A stretch of 64,000 nt of DNA from Candidatus Acidiferrales bacterium (GCA_035946455.1 DASYZK010000010.1:6340-70339), one strand, 5' to 3'; shown: positions 1-9,694, counted from the first letter of the stretch. Numbers and translations are program-made. The notes: generated from the letters alone by a model not told the origin.

Positions 1-1
1 A

Positions 2-1183
2 GTCACCAAGCAGCTCGATTTCGGCCGCGACTACCTGGTGCGGTTGCGCAGCTCGGTGACGCTGGATGGCCGCCCGCTGGCCTATGCCGTCGCGTGGCGC
101 GGCGGTTTCGGCGATCCGACGGCCGAGAACGCCGCCGCCCAGGTTTCGATGTTTTACGCTTCCGCCGGCAAGATCGAGCTGCTGGCGGGGAAGAAACTCG
201 GCTCGAGCAACCAGCCCGATCTGCCTGCCGAGGTCCGCGGCCCCATCCAGTTCGCCGGGATCGAAGATCACTATTTCGCCGCGGCATTCCTGCCGCTCGA
301 TGAATCATTGAGCGCCTGGGATTGGCGAACCGAGCGGCAGGTGACGGTCGACGGAAAGCCTACCCCCGAGGACGTGGCGGAAGTCGCCGTGGGGGCCCCG
401 GAAACGGCGCCGGGCCCGGTCGCTTTGCAGCTCTACGTCGGGCCGAAGGCGCTCGGCGAACTGGGCAGCGTGAATCCGGAATTGCGCCAGTTGGTGCACT
501 ACGGCTGGCTCGGGATTATCGCCGCGCCCCTGTTCGATTTCCTCCAGTTCATCCATCGCTACGTGCCGAATTACGGCTGGGCCATCGTGGTGCTCACCAT
601 CGTTCTGAACATGGCATTGTTTCCGTTCCGGATGAGCCAATGGCGCTCGATGCAGAAAATGCAGCGGGTGATGCCGGAGCTGAAAGCCATCCAGAACCGC
701 TACAAGAAATACCCGATGCGTGACCCGCGCCGGCAGAAGATGAACGAGGAGATGATGGAGCTGTACCGGCGCGAAGGCGTCAATCCGATGGGCAGTTGCC
801 TGCCCATGGTCTTTCAGATGCCCATTTGGATCGGTCTCTATGAAATGCTAGGCGTGGCCATCGAACTGCGCCACGCTCGCTGGATCGGCTGGATTCACGA
901 CCTGTCCGCCCACGACCCCTACTACATCATCCCTGCGCTGATGGTGGTCGCCGGCTATGCGCAGCAGAAGATGACTCCGGCCACCACCGTCGACCCCAAC
1001 CAGCAGAAAATGTTGAACTACATGCCGGTGCTGATGGGGTTGTTTTTCTTCCGATTGTCTAGCGGACTGAATCTGTACATCCTAACCAGCTACGTCGTCG
1101 GCGTCGCCCAACAGTATTATCTGAACAAGACCGCGCCCGCCCCGATCCCCGCCGGACGGGCGAAACGCCAGGCAACCGAGTGA
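2..1183 (+). CDS. yidC: membrane protein insertase YidC (5' end outside window)
   Basis: Frame is open from the window edge. The C-terminal core NYGWAIVVLTIVLNMALFPF...MQKMQRVMPELKAIQNRYK...GVNPMGSCLPMVFQMPIWIGLY is typical of YidC/Oxa1. It is followed by jag, as in the conserved yidC-jag pair. Confidence 0.9.
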   Translation, partial: VTKQLDFGRDYLVRLRSSVTLDGRPLAYAVAWRGGFGDPTAENAAAQVSMFYASAGKIELLAGKKLGSSNQPDLPAEVRGPIQFAGIEDHYFAAAFLPLDESLSAWDWRTERQVTVDGKPTPEDVAEVAVGAPETAPGPVALQLYVGPKALGELGSVNPELRQLVHYGWLGIIAAPLFDFLQFIHRYVPNYGWAIVVLTIVLNMALFPFRMSQWRSMQKMQRVMPELKAIQNRYKKYPMRDPRRQKMNEEMMELYRREGVNPMGSCLPMVFQMPIWIGLYEMLGVAIELRHARWIGWIHDLSAHDPYYIIPALMVVAGYAQQKMTPATTVDPNQQKMLNYMPVLMGLFFFRLSSGLNLYILTSYVVGVAQQYYLNKTAPAPIPAGRAKRQATE

Positions 1184-1722
1184 TGCCCTATCGATTTTCG
1201 GCGGGCGAGCGGCTCGAGGGACAGGCTGCGGCCGAGGAGTTGCGCCGATTCCTCGACCAAGTGATCGAGTGCGCCGGACTGGATCTCCGCTACGAGATCG
1301 AAACCGTGGAACCCGGCGCCCAGGCGGTGGAGAGAGTCGAACTCCGCGTCCGCCTCGGCGGGCCTGATCAGGACCTGCTGCTCGAGCGCAACGCCGAGCT
1401 GCTCCAAGCGCTCGAATACCTGGCGGTACGCTGGCTCCGTCTGGACCCGCGGCTCTACGATCACGTCCGTCTCGATGCCGCCGATTACCGAGCCTTGCGG
1501 GTCGAGGAATTGAAATTGGCCGCCCGGGTGGCCGCCGACCGCGTGATCGCCACCGGCCAGCCATTCCGGTTCAATCCGATGCCGGCGCGGGAGCGGCGCA
1601 TCCTCCACTTGGTTCTCGCTGAAATACCCGCGGTCGAAAGCGCCAGCGAAGGCGATGGGGAAAGCCGCCAAGTGGTCGTGCACACCGCCAAGTCCCGCCC
1701 CGGCAGCCACGGTTCCCCCTGA
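1180..1722 (+). CDS. jag: Jag/KhpB-type RNA-binding protein (KH + R3H domains)
   Basis: Overlaps the yidC stop by 4 nt. KH-like segment ERNAELLQALEYLA. R3H-like segment FNPMPARERRILHLVLAEIPAVESASEGDGESRQVVV. Confidence 0.7.
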   Translation: MMPYRFSAGERLEGQAAAEELRRFLDQVIECAGLDLRYEIETVEPGAQAVERVELRVRLGGPDQDLLLERNAELLQALEYLAVRWLRLDPRLYDHVRLDAADYRALRVEELKLAARVAADRVIATGQPFRFNPMPARERRILHLVLAEIPAVESASEGDGESRQVVVHTAKSRPGSHGSP

Positions 1723-1747
1723 TTCGTCCTGCCGGCCGCGGCCTTCC

Positions 1748-2338
1748 CTACCCGCCCCCCGCCGGTTTTTTGAAATTCTTGGGTAGGAGCGTCAGGCTCA
1801 GGTCGTTCCCGGACAGGTCAACTCCGGTGAGATCAGTTTCCCGCAGGATCGTGGTGGTCAGGTCGGCGCCTCGGAAATCGGCGCCAGCCACCTTGGCATC
1901 GCGGAAGTTGGTTGCGCGAAGGTTCGCGTTGCTCAGGTTCGCGCCGCTCAAATCCGCGCGGAAGAATTCGATGCCGCCAAGCCGGGCTCCGCTCAAATTC
2001 GCGCCGACGAGTATGGCTTCGGTGCAATCAGCGTTGCGGAGATCGGCGTCGTGCAAGTCCGCCCCGGTCAAGTCCGCAGCGCCTAGCTTTGCCCCACGGA
2101 GATCCGTCTGCGCGAGTCTCGCTTGGCGCAGATTGGCATACGGCAGCAAGGCGGCCCGCAAATCAACCCGCTCGAGCTGCGCGCCGCTCAAATCCGCCCG
2201 CACGCCCCCTTCCTCCGTTCGCACGAACCGCGCGTGGGCCGCCAAGATCACGGCAAGCGACCGGCCTTTGTGGCGAATCGATCGCGGGCTTCGCAGCCGC
2301 CTCCCGGCCCCTCGGAACAATCCCGAAAATAAGCCCAT
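1748..2338 (-). CDS. pentapeptide repeat protein
   Basis: Long run of A(D/N)LxG-type pentapeptides: ADLSGAQLERVDLRAALLPYANLRQARLAQTDLRGAKLGAADLTGADLHDADLRNADC... Confidence 0.85.
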   Translation of the reverse strand: MGLFSGLFRGAGRRLRSPRSIRHKGRSLAVILAAHARFVRTEEGGVRADLSGAQLERVDLRAALLPYANLRQARLAQTDLRGAKLGAADLTGADLHDADLRNADCTEAILVGANLSGARLGGIEFFRADLSGANLSNANLRATNFRDAKVAGADFRGADLTTTILRETDLTGVDLSGNDLSLTLLPKNFKKPAGGG

Positions 2339-2514
2339 GCTCGCAATTCCCTCGCACGTACGAATCGGAATTCCGTCGGTCGCAGCTATTCTACTGAAAT
2401 CCGCCCGCCGCGTCGCAGGCCGTTGGCCTCAGCCATCGCCGCTCCCGCGGTCGGGTTGTCGCCAACCGGATCGATTCCCCGCCTGCCATTCCCGGCCTCC
2501 GTCGCACTACCGCG

Positions 2515-3561
2515 ATGCCCGGATGTTCCGGGTGTGCTAACTTGGAAGCCAAGATGGCTGGTCCTGGCCGAGGTTGGCGATTCGGGCATCTCCTGCTCCT
2601 CCTCGCAGCGGTCGGCTTGGCGGCCACCGTCGTGCTCGCTGCCGGCCGCCAGGACCAGGCGGAAGAGCAGGTCAATGAAATCGTCGCAAATCTAGCTTCC
2701 GGACACGTCACGCTCTTCGCCGCCCACGACGGCGTCGTGGTCGCCACAATCGGCAGCCAGTTCGAACCCGGCAACCTGCCCCCGCTGATCGTGCCGATGA
2801 CCGGAAGCGAGCTGGTAGTGGTTTTGGGAGCGGTGGATTGGGTTGAGCCGACTGCGCACCAACCGCTGTTCCGGCTTGATGCCGCACTGCCGGGGCTGGC
2901 CCACGGGACGACCGGCAATGCCCCGCGCTTGAGCGCGGAAACAGGTCTGTCGGACCCGGAACAGGTGGCCTTGTCGGTACTCGAGCCGCTTCGCGCCGCG
3001 GCGAGGAACCTCCACGCCCAACTCGATTTGCCCGCTGATCTTCCGCTGGCCGAACTTGTATTCGTTCATCAGCCCACAAACGAGTCGGCTCCGGATATAT
3101 GGGATCTCAGTTACCCGCTGAAGCAGACCTTCCTGCAACAGAATTTCTGGGACACCGAGGTGGAGCGTCCCAGACCCATCGAACTTTACCCGGACCCTGA
3201 AAACAAGAATGGGCTGCTGGAAATCCGCTACCCCACCGATGACCGCTCGCCCGGCCTGATCGATTGGCTGAGCAAGCCCGCCGGACGGCTGCTGCAGGAC
3301 GTGCAACTCGATCCGAAAATGGCGAAGGCGCAGCAGGAAATCGCGGGCGGTGATGCCCGCAAAACGCGTCTGGCACAGTTGGTGCCGCTCGTCAAGATGA
3401 CTCTTGAGGCAATGGCGCCAGCTTCCACCGGCAGGGCGATGGCGGTTCTGGACTGGGACCGGGGCTTCTCCTGGGTGATCCAGCCGCCAACGACAGCCCG
3501 GCCCCAGGGCCCATCTCGCCTTCCTGGCGCTCCCACCTTGAAGGCCGCACCTCACCACTAA
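2515..3561 (+). CDS. hypothetical protein with N-terminal hydrophobic anchor/signal
   Basis: 348-aa ORF with non-shadow composition. Has a LLLLLAAVGLAATVVLAAG hydrophobic segment. No family recognised. Start could be the ATG at 2554. Confidence 0.5.
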   Translation: MPGCSGCANLEAKMAGPGRGWRFGHLLLLLAAVGLAATVVLAAGRQDQAEEQVNEIVANLASGHVTLFAAHDGVVVATIGSQFEPGNLPPLIVPMTGSELVVVLGAVDWVEPTAHQPLFRLDAALPGLAHGTTGNAPRLSAETGLSDPEQVALSVLEPLRAAARNLHAQLDLPADLPLAELVFVHQPTNESAPDIWDLSYPLKQTFLQQNFWDTEVERPRPIELYPDPENKNGLLEIRYPTDDRSPGLIDWLSKPAGRLLQDVQLDPKMAKAQQEIAGGDARKTRLAQLVPLVKMTLEAMAPASTGRAMAVLDWDRGFSWVIQPPTTARPQGPSRLPGAPTLKAAPHH

Positions 3562-3904
3562 ATGGCACCAGGCTCCAACGGGTTTTGTTGGCAGCCTCTC
3601 CGGACTCCACGTTGGGGAGATTCCCCGTAGCTCCGTCCGGGGCGCAAGCTACGCGGCCCGCCCCGGAATTCCAGGCGATCGGTATTCCGTGAAAGACGGC
3701 GACGTCTAGCCAGGCAGGGGAAAATGGCTTGAGCCAGGTAATTCCTTTAGTTCAGGGCGCTTGGAGTAATGTGCTTGAATTCGCGTGCATGGCGGCTTGC
3801 CGCGCCATCGGTTGCCAGGCCGGTGTATGAATCCGGCGGGCGAGGCTGCCAGCCGCCTGTTCTCGGGCGGCGCGCCGACAACATTCGGGTCCCGCCGCAC
3901 GCGG

Positions 3905-4444
3905 TTAGCTCGATCCCCCAGGCAGTTTCTGCTTTGCTCGCGCGTTCTGCTCTTCCACCGACCGCGCAAGACCCTGTTTGTGGATTTTGAGCCGCGCAGC
4001 GAGTTCTTCGTTCCCCAGGGCAAGCATCTGCGCGGCGAAAACGGCGGCATTACGCGCTCCCGCCTTATCGAGCGCCATCGTCGCCACGGGAACCCCCGCG
4101 GGCATTTGCACCGTCGCCAGCAGCGCATCCAAGCCACCAAGCGAGGTTGCCGCCAGCGGCACGGCGATCACCGGCAGCGTCGTCAGCGAAGCCACCACCC
4201 CGCCCAGGTGCGCCGCGCCGCCGGCGCCGACGATGAATACCACGATACCGCGCCGCGGAGCCGCTTCGACGTAATCGCGCAGCCGCTGGGGCGAGCGATG
4301 CGCCGAGAGCACCTCGATCTCGCAACCCACGCCGAACTCGGCCAGTTGCCCGGCGGCCTCGCTCATCACCGGCAGGTCGGAATCGGAACCCATCAGGATG
4401 GCCACCCGAAGCGCTGCCGGCGCGCTCATGCGGGCCGCCCGCAA
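3905..4444 (-). CDS. purE: N5-carboxyaminoimidazole ribonucleotide mutase PurE
   Basis: [15 protein letters not shown]...[14 protein letters not shown]...[27 protein letters not shown]. Start may be the ATG at 4429. Confidence 0.9.
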   Translation of the reverse strand: MRAARMSAPAALRVAILMGSDSDLPVMSEAAGQLAEFGVGCEIEVLSAHRSPQRLRDYVEAAPRRGIVVFIVGAGGAAHLGGVVASLTTLPVIAVPLAATSLGGLDALLATVQMPAGVPVATMALDKAGARNAAVFAAQMLALGNEELAARLKIHKQGLARSVEEQNARAKQKLPGGSS

Positions 4445-4463
4445 GCCATATTCTTATAGATTA

Positions 4464-5726
4464 TCATTCTATGTGTCCTATATCTTTTCGATAATGCACT
4501 TCGTCGAAGTGGATCCGGCGGGCGGCGTCATACGCCCGCGACGACGCCACGCGCAAATCCCCGCCAGTAGCGGTCACACCTAGAACCCGGCCCCCGGCGG
4601 TGACATACCCCGGCCCCGCGGCTCGCGTTCCCGCGTGAAAGACCGCCACGCCGGCGACGCCTTCCGCCTCCGCCAGGCCGGCGATGGATTTGCCTGTTTG
4701 GTAAGCGCCCGGGTAGCCGCCCGACGCCAATACCACGCACACGCTGGCTCCCGGCCGCCAGCGGGCGACAATCTCCGCCAACCGGGCCTCGGTAGCGGCC
4801 TGCAACGCTTCGGCCAGGTCGAAATCCATTCGCGTGACGATGGCCTGGCATTCCGGATCGCCCATCCGACAATTGAATTCGAGAACTTTAGGCCCTCCGG
4901 AAGTCAGCATCAACCCGCAATAAAGAAAGCCGCGAAAGCGTGTCCCCTCCCGAGCCATTCCCTGGAGAGTCGGCCGCACGATTTTCGCCAGAATTTCCTG
5001 CTCCAGTTCGGCGGGAATCAGTCCATCGGCCGTGTAAGCGCCCATTCCACCAGTGTTTGGCCCCTCGTCGTTATCGAAGGCTCGTTTATGGTCGCGGGCC
5101 GGAACGAGCCGCAAAATGCTCTCCCCGTCGGTCAAAACGATGTAGGACAGTTCCCGGCCTTCGAGAGCTTCCTCGAGAAGAATTTGTCGGCCGGCCGCCC
5201 CGAATTCACGCTTCTCCATCACGCGCTCGATGAAAGCGGTGGCTTCGTCCGCGGAACTGGTAACCAATACCCCTTTTCCGGCGCAGGGCCCGTCGGCCTT
5301 GATGACGACCGGCCAATCCACCGAACACATCCCCGCATAGGCATCACCTACGGAATCGAAGATGCCATACGTGGGGGCTGTGGGGATTCCATTCCGCTCC
5401 AAGAACTGCTTGGCAAAAATCTTACTTCCCTCGAGCTGGGCCGCAGCTCGGGTGGGGCCAACGACTTTCAACCCAACCTTCTGGAATTCGTCGGCCACCC
5501 CCTCGACCAAAGGGTTCTCTGGGCCGACGACGGTGAGATCCGGTCTTAGCTGGATGGCAGACTTCACGAGCGATTGGATGTCGGCTATCGATCCAGCCAG
5601 GCATTCTGCTACTTTTGCGATACCTGCATTGCCGGGAATGCACCAAATCTGCGTATTGGCCGATTGGCTGAGTTTCCAGGCCAAGGCATGTTCGCGACCG
5701 CCGCCGCCAATTATCAGAATCTTCAT
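4464..5726 (-). CDS. purD: phosphoribosylamine-glycine ligase PurD
   Basis: MKILIIGGGGREHALAWKLSQS... taken as the start (16th codon of track ORF 4464..5771), plus an ATP-grasp body. Lies directly upstream of purE on the same strand. Confidence 0.92.
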   Translation of the reverse strand: MKILIIGGGGREHALAWKLSQSANTQIWCIPGNAGIAKVAECLAGSIADIQSLVKSAIQLRPDLTVVGPENPLVEGVADEFQKVGLKVVGPTRAAAQLEGSKIFAKQFLERNGIPTAPTYGIFDSVGDAYAGMCSVDWPVVIKADGPCAGKGVLVTSSADEATAFIERVMEKREFGAAGRQILLEEALEGRELSYIVLTDGESILRLVPARDHKRAFDNDEGPNTGGMGAYTADGLIPAELEQEILAKIVRPTLQGMAREGTRFRGFLYCGLMLTSGGPKVLEFNCRMGDPECQAIVTRMDFDLAEALQAATEARLAEIVARWRPGASVCVVLASGGYPGAYQTGKSIAGLAEAEGVAGVAVFHAGTRAAGPGYVTAGGRVLGVTATGGDLRVASSRAYDAARRIHFDEVHYRKDIGHIE

Positions 5727-5867
5727 CTGCGCCGCAAAACATATTCGCTGGCGGGGAGTACTGTCAACCATCGAGCGAACGTTAGGGCAAAATTCCCGTT
5801 GGGATGGAAGTGCGCACCGCTTGACAGGGATGAGAGCTGCGGATGATGCTTTGGGCGAGCATCGACA

Positions 5868-6542
5868 ATGTCACAAGGCAAGCAGGTGGGCGGATCCGGC
5901 GCCAACAGCAACTCGGCTCCCTGCAATATAGCCGACGTTGGCGAGGCATTGCGCCGTTTCGGAATCGAGCTGGAACTGGACGTCGCTTCACGGCTGATTC
6001 TTTACCTGGAATTGCTTCTTCGATGGAACGAAAAGGTGGCGTTGACTTCGATCACGGATCCCCATGAAATTCTCGAGCGGCACTTCGCCGAATCAATTTT
6101 CGGGGCCATTCGGGCTGGCATCCAGGGTGGTACCTTGCTCGATATCGGCTCCGGGTCCGGTTTCCCGGCCATCCCCATTGCCCTCGCCGTCCCGAACCTT
6201 CGGGAAGTCCTGCTCGAGCCCAATTTGAAGAAGTCAGTTTTCCTGTCCGAGGTATGCAGGAAGCTAAGCTTGGATAATCGAGTGAAGGTGGAACGAGCCC
6301 GTTTAGAGGATTACGGAGGCAGGGGATCGCATTTCGACTTCATAACCACTCGGGCGGTAAAACTAACCCCAGAGCGACTGCGCCAGTGCGCTGCGCTCTT
6401 GTGTCCCAAGGGGAGATTGGTGATGTGGCTGGGATCGCGAGATATCGAATCTGTCTTGCAGACGGGGCATTGGCAGTGGAGCGCTCCGGTTCGCCTACCG
6501 GGGTCGAAACAGAGATTGATTCTGTGGGGCCATCCCCTCTGA
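5868..6542 (+). CDS. rsmG: 16S rRNA (guanine527-N7)-methyltransferase RsmG
   Basis: LELLLRWNEKVALTSITDPHEILERHFAESI...LLDIGSGSGFPAIPIAL. Sits upstream of parAB, as is typical. Confidence 0.88.
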   Translation: MSQGKQVGGSGANSNSAPCNIADVGEALRRFGIELELDVASRLILYLELLLRWNEKVALTSITDPHEILERHFAESIFGAIRAGIQGGTLLDIGSGSGFPAIPIALAVPNLREVLLEPNLKKSVFLSEVCRKLSLDNRVKVERARLEDYGGRGSHFDFITTRAVKLTPERLRQCAALLCPKGRLVMWLGSRDIESVLQTGHWQWSAPVRLPGSKQRLILWGHPL

Positions 6543-6574
6543 TGTGTCAGCAGAGTATCGCTTGCCAATCGTTG

Positions 6575-6590
6575 TGTTTCACGTGGAACA
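6575..6590. promoter_or_regulatory. parS centromere-like site
   Basis: TGTTTCACGTGGAACA is the exact reverse complement of the Bacillus-type parS 16-mer TGTTCCACGTGAAACA. It lies between rsmG and parA. Confidence 0.75.
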
Positions 6591-6761
6591 AGGGCGCCAC
6601 GGTCCGTTCGATCCGCCTTTTTCGGACCGATCGAGGCACGCTTACCCTGAGATGACCATTTCGCACCTCCGTCGCCGATTGCCGGATGGAAATCTTGAAT
6701 CCATGTTGTCTAGTTTCCGTTGATTTGATACATTGCTCCTAAATCAAGGTGGAGGAGCGTA

Positions 6762-7568
6762 TTGGGCAGGGTCATCGCCATCGCCAACCAGAAAGGCGGC
6801 GTCGGAAAAACCACAACTGCAATCAATTTGGCTGCTTCATTGGCTCTGAGAGGCCTGAAAGTATTGCTTCTGGATTGCGATCCCCAGGCAAACAGCACTT
6901 CGAGTTTGGGATTTGGGAAGGATCCTGCCAGGCACTCGATCTATCATTTCCTCGTCCTCGCGGAGCCCAGCGAAAGGATAATTCTCAAGACGAGCCTGGA
7001 ACTGCTGGACTTGCTGCCTTCTGATAAGAACCTTGCCGGAGCCAGCATCGAACTTGTGGAAACCGATAACAGGGAATTCCGTCTAAAGAAAGTGCTGGAC
7101 CCTCTCAGGGACTCTTATGCCTTCATCATCATCGATTGCCCACCAGCTCTTGACTTATTGACTCTTAATGCTTTAGCTGCAAGCGATGCTGTCTTGATCC
7201 CCATTCAATGCGAATATTTGGCTCTCGAAGGCGTATCCGAGCTCCTCGATACCCTCATGCGAGTACGTCGCAATCTGAATCCCTCCCTTGAAATCGAAGG
7301 CATCGTCCTCACCATGTATGACGAGCGGACCACCCTTTCGCGCCAGGTTTCGGATGATCTTCGCAGTTTTTTTGGCACCCAGGTTTTTCAAACCGTGATA
7401 CCTCGCAATGTACGGCTCGCTGAAGCTCCCAGCCACGGTAAGCCAGTCCACCAATATGACCCAACGAGCCGTGGATCAGCCGGTTACATCCAGCTAGCCG
7501 AGGAGGTGGTCGTCAATGAGCAGAAACGCTCTGGGCAAGGGTCTGGGCGCTCTGATCAGGCCGCTTGA
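6762..7568 (+). CDS. parA: chromosome partitioning ATPase ParA/Soj
   Basis: TTG start. Deviant Walker A IAIANQKGGVGKTTTAINLAASLA. Also LLDCDPQANS and IIDCPP. Confidence 0.92.
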   Translation: MGRVIAIANQKGGVGKTTTAINLAASLALRGLKVLLLDCDPQANSTSSLGFGKDPARHSIYHFLVLAEPSERIILKTSLELLDLLPSDKNLAGASIELVETDNREFRLKKVLDPLRDSYAFIIIDCPPALDLLTLNALAASDAVLIPIQCEYLALEGVSELLDTLMRVRRNLNPSLEIEGIVLTMYDERTTLSRQVSDDLRSFFGTQVFQTVIPRNVRLAEAPSHGKPVHQYDPTSRGSAGYIQLAEEVVVNEQKRSGQGSGRSDQAA

Positions 7569-8391
7569 AGCCGCGGCCGAAGCACACCAACTCATCGCTA
7601 CAGCCGATGCCGGTATCGGCAGCCCGGAAGTAGCTATCGATCTTATCGACCCGAATCCTTATCAGCCGCGGACGCAATTTCGAGAAGACGCGCTGAACGA
7701 GTTGGCTCAGTCAATTCGCTCGGCGGGTATCATCCAGCCCCTGGTGCTGCGAACTACAGGTTCGCGGTACCAGTTGATTGCCGGCGAGCGCCGCTGGCGC
7801 GCGGCCCTGATGGCCGGCTTGAAGGGAGTGCCAGCGATCATTCGCGACGTACCGGAAACCCAGGCGCTGGAAATGACGCTTATCGAAAATATCCAGCGCG
7901 AGGACTTGAGCCCGATCGACCAGGCAAAGGCATTTCAGCGGCTGGTGCGCGATTTCGGATTAACCCAGGAGGCTGTGGCCGAGCGCACCGGCAAGGATCG
8001 CACAACAGTGGCGAACACCTTGCGGCTGTTGAACTTGGATGAGCGGATCCAGAGGATGATCGACGAGGGGCGGCTGAGCGCCGGGCACGGCCGAGCGCTT
8101 CTGGGAATCGAGGACGAGCAGTTGCGATATCGGCTAGCGCTTCGAGCGGCGCGCGGGCGGCTGAACGTACGGCAAATCGAGCGATTTGGCGCCAGAAGGC
8201 GTGCGCGGGCGGTCGTCTCGCCGACAACCGCCGATCCCAATATCCGGGCAGCCATAGAAGAATTGCAGCGGACGCTGGGCACCCGGGTAGTGCTGCGGGC
8301 GCGCCGGGGAAGCCGGCCGGGCTTGCTGGGCATCGAGTATTACGACGATCAGCAGTTGCTTGCGCTGTACGACCGACTGATGGGCCGCTGA
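7516..8391 (+). CDS. parB: chromosome partitioning protein ParB/Spo0J
   Basis: N-terminus ALGKGLGALI. ParB box IIQPLVLR...YQLIAGERRWRAA. HTH LTQEAVAERTGKDRTTVANTLRLL. Overlaps the parA tail. Confidence 0.92.
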   Translation: MSRNALGKGLGALIRPLEAAAEAHQLIATADAGIGSPEVAIDLIDPNPYQPRTQFREDALNELAQSIRSAGIIQPLVLRTTGSRYQLIAGERRWRAALMAGLKGVPAIIRDVPETQALEMTLIENIQREDLSPIDQAKAFQRLVRDFGLTQEAVAERTGKDRTTVANTLRLLNLDERIQRMIDEGRLSAGHGRALLGIEDEQLRYRLALRAARGRLNVRQIERFGARRRARAVVSPTTADPNIRAAIEELQRTLGTRVVLRARRGSRPGLLGIEYYDDQQLLALYDRLMGR

Positions 8392-8425
8392 GACGCGGGG
8401 CGGCGGGCGCGCCGCGGAAGGCGGA

Positions 8426-8457
8426 TGGAATATCTATTAGATATTCCATTGTATAAT
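8426..8457 (+). promoter_or_regulatory. AT-rich 23-nt palindrome followed by TATAAT, upstream of the bactofilin gene
   Basis: TGGAATATCT-ATT-AGATATTCCA (8426-8448) has perfect 10-bp arms. TATAAT lies at 8452-8457, 18 nt before the ATG at 8475. The motif TAGATAT recurs at 8438-8444 and 8470-8476. Function not established. Confidence 0.3.
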
Positions 8458-8474
8458 ATATTTAGCTAATAGAT

Positions 8475-8906
8475 ATGAAACAGATCCTCCCTTGGAAGAC
8501 CGGCGGCGGGGAAGCCTCGGACTGGACCGGCTTCCTCGACCGCGACGCTCGCGTCGAAGGCAGGCTGGAAACCGCCGGCACCTTTCGACTCGATGGCTCG
8601 GCCAAAGGCCGAATCGTCTGCGGCCATATCCTGGTGCTGGGCGAAGCGGCCGAAGTCGAGGGGGAACTCGAAGCCGAGGAGGTGGTAATCTACGGCCGGT
8701 TCCGGGGAACGATTCGCGCGAGCGCCCGGGTCGAACTCCATTCCGGCGCCCAGGTCACCGCCGACTTGTACACGCCGTGCCTGATGCTCGAGCCGGGGGT
8801 GCGGTTCGACGGCCACTGCTACCTGAACAAAGCCGGCGGCGAACGCGGCGAGCTGCTGCTGGTCCCGATTCGCGCCGCTCCCTCGGGGGATGCTCCAGAA
8901 ACCTAA
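8475..8906 (+). CDS. bactofilin (polymer-forming cytoskeletal protein)
   Basis: Beta-helical bactofilin repeat pattern: VEGRLETAGTFRLDGSAKGRIVCGHILVLGEAAEVEGELEAEEVVIYGRFRGTIRASARVELHSGAQVTADLYTPCLMLEPGVRFDG. Confidence 0.85.
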   Translation: MKQILPWKTGGGEASDWTGFLDRDARVEGRLETAGTFRLDGSAKGRIVCGHILVLGEAAEVEGELEAEEVVIYGRFRGTIRASARVELHSGAQVTADLYTPCLMLEPGVRFDGHCYLNKAGGERGELLLVPIRAAPSGDAPET

Positions 8907-9514
8907 GTGGCAGCAGCCTTGCGCACAATCAGAGGCAGGATGGCGTAGAGGGCGCCGGCGAAATCGTGCTGGCCGCTGAAATCGGCGGAGAGCCGCTCGG
9001 CCGGCATGAGGCAGGTAATCCACCACTGCGAATTGTCGCCCCTCCTCACGAATTCCCAGCAATAAGCCGGTTCGCCGGCCATGACCAGGAGGCGGGTGGC
9101 GGCCAAACGGTACCCCCGTTGATTCTGGATACTGACCTGAGCGTTCTGCCAGGTGCGGGGATCGAAGGCGAAATCGCTATCGACGTGCATCGGAAGAAAT
9201 ACGATCGTAGGCGTCACTTGCCGCAGCGGGAAACGAAGCATCCGTGCGAGCGTCAGGCTTTCGCCCTGGCGTGTCGCGAACCATCCTCCGGGAACCGGCA
9301 CCGTCCATCCCCGATAACTAGCGGCGTCGCCGTACACCATGTGCCAGGCCCAACCGACCAGTTCGGGCAAGAAGATGACGACCAATGCCATCAGACCCAG
9401 GCAAGCGGCGAAAGGCACACCACGCCCTCTTGGCAGGAGTCTCATCGGGTCAAGTCTATCCCAGCCGGGCGATCGCAACCAGTTCGAGCGGCGTCGCGGC
9501 TTCCTCCCTGCCAT
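8903..9514 (-). CDS. hypothetical membrane-anchored protein
   Basis: One hydrophobic helix (FAACLGLMALVVIFLPELVGWAW). Trp-rich, non-shadow composition. No family recognised. Start uncertain. Confidence 0.4.
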   Translation of the reverse strand: MAGRKPRRRSNWLRSPGWDRLDPMRLLPRGRGVPFAACLGLMALVVIFLPELVGWAWHMVYGDAASYRGWTVPVPGGWFATRQGESLTLARMLRFPLRQVTPTIVFLPMHVDSDFAFDPRTWQNAQVSIQNQRGYRLAATRLLVMAGEPAYCWEFVRRGDNSQWWITCLMPAERLSADFSGQHDFAGALYAILPLIVRKAAAT

Positions 9515-9694
9515 TGGCGCGCAAGGTATAATGAGTTTTCTCAGAGCGAGGTTGTGCTGAGCGCGGGAGTGGCCCTCAAAGCAGTGTCTTTGCTGGTCGC
9601 AGACTGGGATTTCAGCACATCAGCGGACCGACGCAACATCTTCGCTCGGGAGAGAAGCCGCCTGAATCGATCGCGACCATCTAAGGAGAGCACT

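Noticed and set aside
2339-6761. oriC / DnaA-box cluster in the spacers 2339-2514, 3562-3904, 5727-5867 and 6543-6761
   Set aside because: Only isolated 7/9 matches to TTATCCACA were seen (for example TGTGGATTT inside purE). There is no cluster and no adjacent AT-rich unwinding element.
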